NCBI RefSeq assembly: GCF_000006765.1
Contig: NC_002516.2
Origin: Pseudomonas aeruginosa PAO1
GTDB lineage: Bacteria > Pseudomonadota > Gammaproteobacteria > Pseudomonadales > Pseudomonadaceae
DNA length: 64,000 nucleotides
Direction: 5' to 3' (one strand)
Shown here in pieces: positions 24,866-33,658 of this stretch. Every line of letters begins with the position of its first letter. Position 1 is the stretch's first letter. Below the pieces are notes generated by a model. The model did no database searches. It saw only the letters and a program-made list of their open reading frames with translations, and was not told the DNA's origin. Made by a program: the position numbers and the translations under genes.

Positions 24866-26445
24866 TCAATGCGCCGGCAACAAGGCCTGCAACCCTTCGG
24901 CAAGCTCCAGGCTCCACGCCGCGTAGTCGTGACCGCCGGGGAACTCACGGTAGTGCAGCGGGTAGCCCTTGCCTTGCAGCGCCGCGCGCAGGCTGCGGTT
25001 GCTGCCGAGAATGCCGTCCGCCTCGGGCTCCTCGAGCAGGCCGGAACTGAGGAAGAACGTCAGCGGCAAACGCTCGCCAGCGGCGAACTGCCGTACCAGC
25101 CACTGCGGCTGCTGCTCGTCCGGCCCCCACCAGAACGAGCCGGACAGGCTCAGCACCTTGCCGAAGCGTTCCGGATAACGGTAGGCGATGCAGCCCGAGG
25201 CCAGCCCGCCGTAGCTGGAACCGGAAAGCACGCGATCGGCAGGCTCCTCGCTCAATGCATAGCGCTGCTGCAACCAGGGCAGCAGCTCGTGGGCGAGCAT
25301 GTCGGCGAAGGCCTCGTTGCAGGGCAGCTCGCGGCCCCGGCTGCTGGCGTCGACATTGCCGACAATCACCGCCAGGGTCGGGCGGATACGCCCGGCGGCG
25401 ATCAGGTTGTCGAGGATGGTCGGGGTCGGTACGTCGCGCGCGTAGTGGTCCTCGTCGAACAGCACCAGCAGCGGATAGCGCTGGCCCTCGGGATCGTAGC
25501 CCGGCGGCGTGTAGAGCGTCAGTGGCGCTGGTTGGCCAGGGCCTGGCTGCTATAGCCGAGGCGCTCCACCTTGCCGCGCGGCACGTCCTTGCGCGGCTGG
25601 TCCCAGGTCTCGGCAGGGGCGCCGCCGAGCTGCACCAGCGAGGCCTGCTCGGCCCGCGGCAGCGCGCGGCTATTGAGCCACGGCGTACGGCTCAGCGGGT
25701 CCGGCCGCGCCGCCGCCTGCAAGGCCAGGCGCAAGGTGCCGCGATCGGCCTGTTGCAGGTCCGGCAGGTCGGCGCTGAGCTGGTAGGAAACCCGCGCGTC
25801 GCGGCGCAGCGGCAGGCTCAGGTAGCGTACGTCGCTGCCGGCCAGGGCCTCGAAGCGGCGGGTGTTGACCTCCGGGGTCGGCCACAGCAGGCGCACGTCG
25901 CCGGGACGCTGCTGGCGCCAGAGGAAGGTGACCAGCACACGTTCGGCATCCAGCGGCTCCACCAGCGGCGTGCCCTGCTTCGCTACCTGCTTCCAGAACG
26001 CCTTCAGCGCGCCGGGGCGCTTTTCCGCAAGCTCCGCCTGCAGGCGTTGCAGGGTCGGGCTCTGCGGCACCGGTGAATCAAGCGCCGGGGTCTGCGGGGT
26101 GAGGCGCTGGGTGGGGATCAGGGTCAGTGCGGTGTCTTCGTCGGCGCTGAAGGTCAGGCGCAGGCCCTGGCGCTCGCCGGCCTGCAGGCCGAGCGACTGG
26201 CGTCCGGCCAGCTCCGTCGCGCGCAACGCCTTGCCGTCGGGCGTGGTGGCGCGCAGGCGGACGCGGCCGCGGTCGACCTCCAGGTCGAGCAACTGCAACT
26301 CGCCGGGGGCAAGGTCGAGGTAGCGCTGGCGGCTCTCGCCGGCAGCGATCTCGATGCGGCCATCGGCCAGCGGCACGGGCTGGGCGGCCTGGGCCGGGGT
26401 CAGCAGGTTGAGGAAAAGCAACAACGAGGTGGAAACGGCAGACAT
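24866..26445 (-). pseudogene. Fes/enterochelin-esterase-like alpha/beta hydrolase with a signal peptide, split by a 1-nt frameshift near 25520
   Basis: 5' part ends ...ALANQRH*; the next frame continues TLYTPPGYDPEGQRYPLLVLFDED to GSSYGG. The span is 1580 nt, one short of a codon multiple. Confidence 0.85.
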
Positions 26446-26601
26446 GGAATCTCCCTTCGAAGAGGCGCCGCCATCCGGGCGGCTCACCGGAAGAGACGTA
26501 CGATCACAGCGGAAATTTGCCGCTGTGATCCAGGCTAGAGCGGTTGCGCCGCGACTGGAGTAGAATCCGCCGCCTCGAAAACCGTCCGAAGGAAAATTCC
26601 G

Positions 26602-26823
26602 ATGACCTCCCGTCTGCTGCCCGCCCTGTTGCTCTCGTCCGCATTCGCCGTCCTGGCCGGCTGCTCCACCCCGACCATCGTCACCCTCAACGATGGCCGC
26701 GAGATCCAGGCGGTGGATACCCCGCGCTATGATCGTAGTTCCGGCTTCTACGAACTGGAGCAACTGGACGGCAAGCGCACCCGCGTCAACAAGGACCAGG
26801 TGCGCAGCATCAAGGACATGTAA
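26602..26823 (+). CDS. YgdI/YgdR-family lipoprotein
   Basis: Lipobox LAGC, then STPTIVTLNDGREIQAVDTP...RVNKDQVRSI. Confidence 0.9.
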   Translation: MTSRLLPALLLSSAFAVLAGCSTPTIVTLNDGREIQAVDTPRYDRSSGFYELEQLDGKRTRVNKDQVRSIKDM

Positions 26824-26876
26824 TCCCCCGGACCCGCCATCCGCGCGGTGGCACACTCCAGGGAAGGAGTCGAACC

Positions 26877-27728
26877 ATGCGATCCGACCTGCACGAGGCC
26901 AACCGGCTGTCGTGGAACGCCGCCACCCGGGCGCACAACAGCCACAAGGCCGACCAAGCCGCCTTCTTCCGCAACGGCGGTTCCACGCTCTATCCCGAGG
27001 AACTGCAACTGCTCGGCCATCTCGACGGCCTGCGCCTGCTGCATCTGCAATGCAACGCCGGACAGGACAGCCTGAGCCTGGCGCGCCTTGGCGCCCGCGT
27101 CACCGGGGTCGACATCGGCGACAGCGCCATCGACTTCGCCCGCCAGCTGTCCCGCGACAGCGGCATCGCCGCCGACTTCCAGCGCGACGACATCCTCCGC
27201 TGGCTGCCCGTCGCCGCCACCCGCGGCGAACGCTTCGAACGGGTCTTCGCCTCCTACGGCACGCTGGTCTGGCTCTCCGACCTCAAGCGCTGGGCCGACG
27301 GCATCGCCCAGGTACTGGTTCCCGGCGGGCGCTTCGTCCTGGTGGAGTTCCATCCTTTCGCCCTGTACTTCGACCCACACTGGCAACCGGCCTACGACTA
27401 CTTCAGCCGCGAGCCGATCGCCGAGAGCGGCGTCAGCGACTACGTCGCCGAGTCCGGCGCCAGCCTGGCGCCCTCCGGCTACCGCGCCGGCGTCGAGAAC
27501 TTCAGCAACCCTCATCCCAGCTACGAGTTCCAGTGGGGCCTGGCCGATGTGATCGGCGCCCTGCTCGGCGCCGGCCTGCAACTCGAACGGCTGGAGGAAT
27601 ACCCCTACGCCAACGGCTGGGCCGGCTTCGACGGCATGCGCGACGGCGGCGGCGGACGCATGCTGCCGCCCGCCGATCGTCCGCGCCTGCCGCTGATGTA
27701 CGGCCTCAGCGCAAGGAAACCACGATGA
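26877..27728 (+). CDS. Class I SAM-dependent methyltransferase
   Basis: LLHLQCNAGQDS, VTGVDIG, LVPGGRFVLVEFHP. Confidence 0.9.
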   Translation: MRSDLHEANRLSWNAATRAHNSHKADQAAFFRNGGSTLYPEELQLLGHLDGLRLLHLQCNAGQDSLSLARLGARVTGVDIGDSAIDFARQLSRDSGIAADFQRDDILRWLPVAATRGERFERVFASYGTLVWLSDLKRWADGIAQVLVPGGRFVLVEFHPFALYFDPHWQPAYDYFSREPIAESGVSDYVAESGASLAPSGYRAGVENFSNPHPSYEFQWGLADVIGALLGAGLQLERLEEYPYANGWAGFDGMRDGGGGRMLPPADRPRLPLMYGLSARKPR

Positions 27729-28252
27729 CCGAAGAACGCCTGCTGCGCCGCGACGAAATCCCCCTGGTCTGGGAGATCGACCGCAGCGAAGTGATCGGAC
27801 ACCTGTATTCCGTCGAGGCCGGCCAACTGGTGCTGCGCCCCGAGTTCTACGACATGCGCGGCTGGCCGGAGGGCGAGGCCGAGCACTACACGCCGATCCT
27901 GCTCGACTGCTTCGACCGCGGCGGCTGGTTCCTCGGCCTGTTCGACCAGGGCCGCCTGATCGGCGCGGTAGTCCTCGACCCACGCCGCCTCGGCCCCGAG
28001 CGCGACTGGCTGCAACTGAAGTTCCTCCACCTCAGCCACGCCTACCGCCGCCGCGGCCTCGGCGCCCACCTCTTCCACCTCGCCGCCACCCAGGCCCGCC
28101 ACCTCGGCGCCAGCGCGCTCTACGTTTCGGCTACGCCGTCGCAGAACACGGTGGATTTTTATACGAGACTCGGATGCCGGCTGTGCATGGAACCGGATGA
28201 GGAGTTGTATCGGTTGGAGCCGGAGGATGTTCATCTGGTGTTCAATCTATAG
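27725..28252 (+). CDS. GNAT acetyltransferase (175 aa)
   Basis: ATGA overlap; LHLSHAYRRRGLG acetyl-CoA motif; NTVDFY. Confidence 0.9.
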   Translation: MTEERLLRRDEIPLVWEIDRSEVIGHLYSVEAGQLVLRPEFYDMRGWPEGEAEHYTPILLDCFDRGGWFLGLFDQGRLIGAVVLDPRRLGPERDWLQLKFLHLSHAYRRRGLGAHLFHLAATQARHLGASALYVSATPSQNTVDFYTRLGCRLCMEPDEELYRLEPEDVHLVFNL

Positions 28253-28308
28253 TCTGATGCTGAGTCTCGTTGATAATCAGCAGTGCAAATAGACTTCAAG
28301 GAATGGAA

Positions 28309-29898
28309 ATGTACAAAGCTCTCGCTTTTCTCCTGTTAAATACATTCATCGCCGTAGTGCATGCGGAGGAAGGCTGGGAGCTTTCAGTTTCAGGACCAGC
28401 CCCTGGACAACCTGAACACGTGCCATATCCAGATAGGCGACAACCCTCGCTCGAAGCCGCTTGCGCGGCCAGCGACAGGTACTATATAGATAGCAATCTG
28501 AAGGGTGGTCACGTAGTTCTAGGGTACATCAGCAGAAAAACACTTATAGATGCCCGATACAATTCATTTTTTTGCAGCATCAGCATATTCAGAAAGTCTC
28601 CGCTAGCAGCTACATCCGGCACTGCTACCTACGGAAATCCTAACTGGTGAGGGGCCTCCGGCACGGCTGTAAACGTTACTCAGGCTCCTCCAACTGGCTG
28701 CCCATACAACCTTTTCAATGGCCGGTACGAGTGCCCCACTGACGTCTCCGATCGAAAGAACGCGGGAATCCCCAACGAAAACGGATGCCAAGGCCCCTCA
28801 TCTTTCCAGGGAAACCCTATAAATGCCAGTATCGGCAATAAATTTCAACGTGAAACCGATATAGATCCGTCGCACTCCCCTCTCCAGTTCGAGAGATACT
28901 ACAACAGCGTTACCGGAATGTGGACGAACACCTTCCAGGAAGGCTTAAAAATAGTAGGCGAAAATATTTCCCTATCTCTACCCGATGGTCGTCAGGAACT
29001 ATTCAGGCTGACTGACGGCGCAATATCGTCCGACGCAACGACGGGTACACTTTCAAAAGACCAGGCAGGCTGGAGGTATGACTATAGGGACGGAACCAGC
29101 TCACTTTTCGATGTCCAGGGCCGGCTTATCCAGAGGAAAGTCAGGGGGCAGGTCATCACGATAACCTATCCGAACCTCTCCACCACCAAGGCTAAAGATG
29201 GGTTCGGAAACACCCTAACCGTTTCCTGGAACGCAACGAAACAACCCTACCTCGTCGATTACAACGGTTCCCTGAAAGTGGAATATCTATATGACGGGGG
29301 CGCCAGGCTGGTTTCGAAGAAAACCACGTCCCAAGGACTCAACCGCACCCGGAAGTATCTCTATGCTGACAGTGGCAATGCCGGGTTAATGGTTGGAATC
29401 ATCGACGAACAAGGCACGCGTTACGCCACCTGGACCTACGACAACCAAGGCCGCGCCATCTCCAGCGAACACGCCAACGGCGCCGAAAAGGTCTCCCTCG
29501 CCTACAACGATGACGGCTCCACCACCGTCACCAACGAATACGGCAAGCAGGCCACCTACCGCTTCCAGGTGATCCAGGGCATCAAGCGCATCGTCGCCAT
29601 CGAAGGGCAACCCTCGCCCAACTGCCCCAGCAGCAATTCCACCTTCACCTACGATGACCAGGGCCTGCTCACCAGCAAACGCGACAACAACGGCAACCTG
29701 ACCACCTACCAGTACAACGCCCGCGGTCTGGAAACCTCGCGCACCGAGGCCGCCGGCACTGCGCAGGCGCGCACCATCACAACCGACTGGCACCCGACCC
29801 TGTTCCTCCCGGTGCAGGTCAGCGAGCCCGGCCGGATCACCCGCTACCAGTACGACGCCGAGGGACGCAAGACCGGCGAGACCGTCACCACCCGCTGA
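28309..29898 (+). pseudogene. Signal-peptide Rhs/YD protein, N-half (DUF6531-like), interrupted by one in-frame TGA at 28648-28650
   Basis: The frame is otherwise open from MYKALAFLLLNTFIAVVHA through GNPINASIGNKFQRETD...FERYYNS to YD repeats ending TGETVTTR*. Confidence 0.85.
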
Positions 29899-29912
29899 CA
29901 AGGACGACACCC

Positions 29913-31151
29913 ATGCGCATCCCCCCCATACTTCCCCCGTCTCGGCGCCCTCGCCCTGGCCTGCGCCCTGGCCCTGCCCGCGCAGGCGGCCGAGCGCGCC
30001 TGGAGCTACAGCTACAACGCTCTCGGCCTGATCGAGCGCGCCGACGGTCCGCGCACCGATGTGCAGGACGTCACCCTCTATGCCTACGACAGTCGCGGCA
30101 ACCTGACCCAGGTGACCAACGCCCTCGGCCAGGTCACCCGCCTCGGCGACTATGACGAGCGCGGCAAGCCCGGCAGCATCACCGATGCCAACGGCGTCAC
30201 CAGCAGCCTCGCCTACACCGGCGTCGACGGCTGGCTGGCCTCCGTCAGCACCGCCGGCAGCACCACCCGCTTCGACTATGACGCGGTCGGCCAGATCACC
30301 CGCGTCACCCGCGGCGACGGCAGTTGGCTGAGCTACGAATACGACGACGCACGGCGCCTGGTAGCGATCGGCAACAACCTCGGCGAACGCCTCGAATACG
30401 ACGTCGACACCAAGGGCAATCGCACCGCCCAGCGCATCAAGGACGCCAGCGGCAGCCTGGTGCGTCAGCAGCAATGGGCCTACGACGAGCTTGGCCGGCT
30501 GCTCCGTGCGGTCGGCGCCGGCGGCCAGACACGCAGCTTCGCCTACGACCTCAACGACAATCCGGTCGGCGAAACCAACCCGCGCCAGTTCGCCCACAGC
30601 CAGGCCTTCGACGCCCTCGACCGGCTGGTCGGCCAGAGCGATCCCCTCGGCGGCAAGACCCGACTCGCCTACGACGCCCAGGACAACCTCACCGAGGTCA
30701 AGGACCCGCGCGGCGTCACCACCCGCTACGAATACGACGGCCTCGGCAACCTGACCCGACTGGTCAGCCCGGACAGCGGCACCACCACCTTCGAGCACGA
30801 CGCCGCCGGCAACGTCATCCGCCGCACCGACGCTCGCGGTACGGTCACCGAGTATCGCTACGACGCCCTCAATCGCCTGATCGAGCGCCACTCGCCGAGC
30901 GACCCGAGCCTCGACGTACAGTACCGCTACGACCTCACCGCCGACGGCAACAAGGGCATCGGCCGCCTGGGCTCCATCGAAGGTGCCCGCGACAGCCTGG
31001 TGTACCGCTACGACGAGCGCGGCAACCTGGTCGAGCAGGTACGCAGCATCCGCCTCGACCAGCAGACCCTGCTCGACCGCGTGACCTACCGCTACGACGC
31101 GGCCAACCAACTGCTGGAGATCGGCTACCCCTCCGGCCTCGCCATCCGGGA
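29913..31151 (+). pseudogene. Second signal-peptide YD-repeat Rhs gene, +1 frameshift in a C7 tract and 3'-truncated by a TIR element
   Basis: Removing one C at 29921-29927 gives MRIPPYFPRLGALALACALALPAQA-AERAWSYSY..., in frame with the YD ORF; no Rhs core or toxin remains. Confidence 0.85.
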
Positions 31152-31374
31152 AAAGGGGACAGATTTATTTTCCCTACTCTAGTTTTGTCTAGTGCTTATA
31201 TTTCTCATTTCTACTGTATACCACCGCCGATCTTACCCACACTGAACCACGTAAAGCGGATAGTTCAGTAAAACCACTCGCCTCTGCCTAGGCATCGCGG
31301 AGCCTCCTTACGGCGTCTGCACTGGAGCCTCCCTGCTCAGAAATCAGGGTAGGGAAAATAAATCTGCCCCCTTT
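31152..31374. mobile_element. Miniature TIR element copy 1 (223 bp) with a decayed Y1/RAYT-like transposase 5' end
   Basis: AAAGGGGACAGATTTATTTTCCCTAC (31152-31177) and its near-perfect inverted copy (31349-31374); minus strand TAAGGAGG-7nt-ATG(31295) MPRQRRVVLLNYPLYVVQCG*DRR. Confidence 0.85.
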
Positions 31375-31481
31375 ATTCGCTCAACCCGCATCTTGCCACC
31401 GGCCATCAAGTTAACACGTGACTGAACACGTCCAGGAACTTGAATAGAGGCTTCAGCAGTATTCGCAGTTCCTTTTGCATC

Positions 31482-32087
31482 TTATGCCAATTGCAAAAAT
31501 CTATACTTCCAATAATCCATACCCTCTAAAACCCAATACCTCTCCCTATCGGGTACTAAATGGCAAAAATCCGAACACTTAGCAAGCCAGTCTGAGTAAG
31601 CCAATTCTTCATGCGCCCGATTAAAGTCCATATGCATGTAAATTTTGCGATCGAAATTCACATAGAACATTGGAAGCCTAGAGGCAACAGTATTAGCGTC
31701 ATGAAAGTAGCTTGCACTCAACTCAACACCAGAAAGATAGTAACCTTCAATTCTTCCATGCAAAGACTCGCTCATATCAAGCCCGCACACAAACATATCT
31801 TTTAGGTCTTGCCGCGACAACACCCACCGTTCCCCCGCCCTCAAATATTTCAAAAAATTCTCAGCAGTAAGTTTAAGCACCCCACCTCTAAACGTCATGC
31901 ATGCCGACGCATATTGCTCCTGAGTTATATGACCCTTATCAAGGTATGCACGATAGTCCTTCTCCGCATCCAAGATGAAGTTGAATTTATCATCCACAAC
32001 CCAGAAGCACGCACCAGAATGAACAAAAAAGCATATATTTTTTTCACCCCCCCACAAATCATCAGCTAACAATTGCCACTGAGTCAT
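31482..32087 (-). CDS. AT-rich 201-aa protein, candidate orphan immunity protein
   Basis: Intact ORF in the cdi orientation; ATG overlaps the stop of a short upstream remnant. Confidence 0.75.
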   Translation of the reverse strand: MTQWQLLADDLWGGEKNICFFVHSGACFWVVDDKFNFILDAEKDYRAYLDKGHITQEQYASACMTFRGGVLKLTAENFLKYLRAGERWVLSRQDLKDMFVCGLDMSESLHGRIEGYYLSGVELSASYFHDANTVASRLPMFYVNFDRKIYMHMDFNRAHEELAYSDWLAKCSDFCHLVPDRERYWVLEGMDYWKYRFLQLA

Positions 32088-32129
32088 CTCCCAAACTCCT
32101 TCAAAAACTCGTCATGAGAGTATAAGCCA

Positions 32130-32353
32130 AAAGGGGACAGATTTATTCCTCCTACTCTAGTTTTGGCTAGTATTTATATTTCTCATTCCCACCGTATACC
32201 ACTGCCGATCTTACCCACACTGAACCACGTGAAACGGATAGTTCAGTAGAACCACTCGCCTCTGCCTAGGCTTCGCGGAGCCTCCTTACGGCGTCTGCAC
32301 TGGAGCCTCCCTGCTCAGAGAATTAGAGTAGGGAAAATAAATCTGTCCCCTTT
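32130..32353. mobile_element. Miniature TIR element copy 2 (224 bp)
   Basis: Same TIRs and interior as copy 1; remnant reads RQRRVVLLNYPFHVVQCG*DRQ; start codon mutated to AAG. Confidence 0.85.
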
Positions 32354-32360
32354 ATGGTCT

Positions 32361-32604
32361 GACATCCTGCTGGGCCGAAATAATTGCCCATTTGGCTTCT
32401 ATTCCTTTTGCAGAGCGGTTTTTCCTTGCAGCCATCGACCTCCTGCCGCTTCTTCTCCTCCTGCCAATGACTGAGGTAGTTGTGTTGGGTGGCATTCCTC
32501 GCCACCCAGGCTCCCGTCTGCAAGCTCTTGGCGTCCGCATCGCCCTGCGTCGAAGCCGCCAGCAAGCCGATCAACTGCGAACTCATGGTCAGCAGGCCCT
32601 TCTT
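32361..32604 (-). pseudogene. Orphan duplicate of the cdiA pre-toxin region (around TQHN), with a 2-nt deletion
   Basis: Near-identical to cdiA 34710-34955; ends 7 nt from the element 2 TIR. Confidence 0.9.
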
Positions 32605-32782
32605 CTCCAGGCAACGCATACGTTGCCCCGGCGAGCGACCCGCCAGGGATGGCGGGGCCGGAGGTTCAGGACTCTGCGGAAGTAGCGAAAGGGAGGTCAG
32701 TGCTCTTCTTTTAAAATCGAAAAAGTAAATTTTTAAAAAACAGGAAATTACTGAACGGGGAAGATCTACCTACCTTTTAGTT

Positions 32783-32856
32783 CTAGAGCAGTGAAAATAA
32801 ATCCGCCCCCTTTATGCTTCCAGAAACTGGGTAGGGAAAATAAATCTGCCCCCTTT
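32783..32856. repeat. Two solo TIR ends of the same element family
   Basis: CTAGAGCAGTGAAAATAAATCCGCCCCCTTT (32783-32813) and GTAGGGAAAATAAATCTGCCCCCTTT (32831-32856). Confidence 0.8.
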
Positions 32857-32871
32857 ATCCGCTCTGTCAAA

Positions 32872-33351
32872 TCAGCCTTTAATCGCACCAAAATTTTCCG
32901 GAATAAATCCTTTAGGCCAAATCGTTCTATCATTATATATGGCACCCCGAAAAACAGCGCCATCTATCCTCGCTACATCAATATTAACATCTCGCAAATT
33001 GGAATTTATGAAATTAGAACCGCCTATATCAGCATTTTTTAGACTAGCCATGGAAAGATCTGCCCCTGAAAAATCAGCATAAGCCGCCATAGCATCCACA
33101 AGTTTTACACCTTTCATTATAGCATCAACAAAACTTGCATTCATAAGCGCTGCACTATTCATTACAGCACCACCCAACAGAGCATGATTAAAAGAAGCGT
33201 TCCTCAAATTTGAGGCAGTAAAATCAGCCTCTGAAAGATCTAAACCATCAAAAATTGCCCGATGCAGCTCTAGCCCACTTAAGTTTGACTTAGCAAAATT
33301 ATCCAAAGGCAAATCCAGCTCTTCACCAGTTTCAAAAAAAATAGTTATCAT
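32872..33351 (-). CDS. Pentapeptide-repeat protein (159 aa), candidate orphan immunity protein
   Basis: A(D/N)FxxAxLxxAxF repeats; ATG 33351 overlaps an upstream TGA. Confidence 0.85.
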   Translation of the reverse strand: MITIFFETGEELDLPLDNFAKSNLSGLELHRAIFDGLDLSEADFTASNLRNASFNHALLGGAVMNSAALMNASFVDAIMKGVKLVDAMAAYADFSGADLSMASLKNADIGGSNFINSNLRDVNIDVARIDGAVFRGAIYNDRTIWPKGFIPENFGAIKG

Positions 33352-33408
33352 TTGTTCCCCCAATCCACTTGATCTATCTTCAGCTCAGACACAGGTTTGG
33401 TTTGGGAA

Positions 33409-33607
33409 AAAGGGGACAGATTTATTTTTCCTACTCTAATTTTGACTAGTGTTTATATCTCTCATTCCCACTGTATACCACTGCCGATCTTACCCACACT
33501 GAACCACGTGAAGCGGATAGTTCAGTAAAACCACTCGCCTCTGCCTAGGTCTCGCGGAGCCTCCCTGCTCAGAGAATTAGAGCAGGGAAAATAAATATGT
33601 CCCCTTT
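33409..33607. mobile_element. Miniature TIR element copy 3 (199 bp)
   Basis: Same TIRs and interior; lacks 25 nt deleted between GGAGCCTCC direct repeats. Confidence 0.85.
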
Positions 33608-33658
33608 ATGCTGCCCGAGGCCAGTATTTGAAAAAGCAAACGATGTATGTTTTAAAAA

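Noticed and set aside
30061-31182. 373-aa ORF as an intact Rhs protein
   Set aside because: Its true 5' end is frameshifted, its last residues come from the TIR, and there is no Rhs core or toxin.
31152-31374. An autonomous insertion sequence
   Set aside because: Only about 25 decayed transposase codons remain and there is no target-site duplication; no intact transposase is present in the window.
32323-32619. 98-aa ORF as a real gene
   Set aside because: It is a chimera of a frameshifted cdiA fragment and TIR sequence (ends KGTDLFSLL).
32639-32656. CCCGCC-AGGGAT-GGCGGG hairpin beside the orphan cdiA fragment
   Set aside because: It is a short single copy here and cannot be told from chance in GC-rich DNA.
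31152-33607. CRISPR interpretation of the recurring 26-bp motif
   Set aside because: The copies are inverted pairs around a conserved interior with irregular spacing; there are no unique equal-length spacers and no cas genes.
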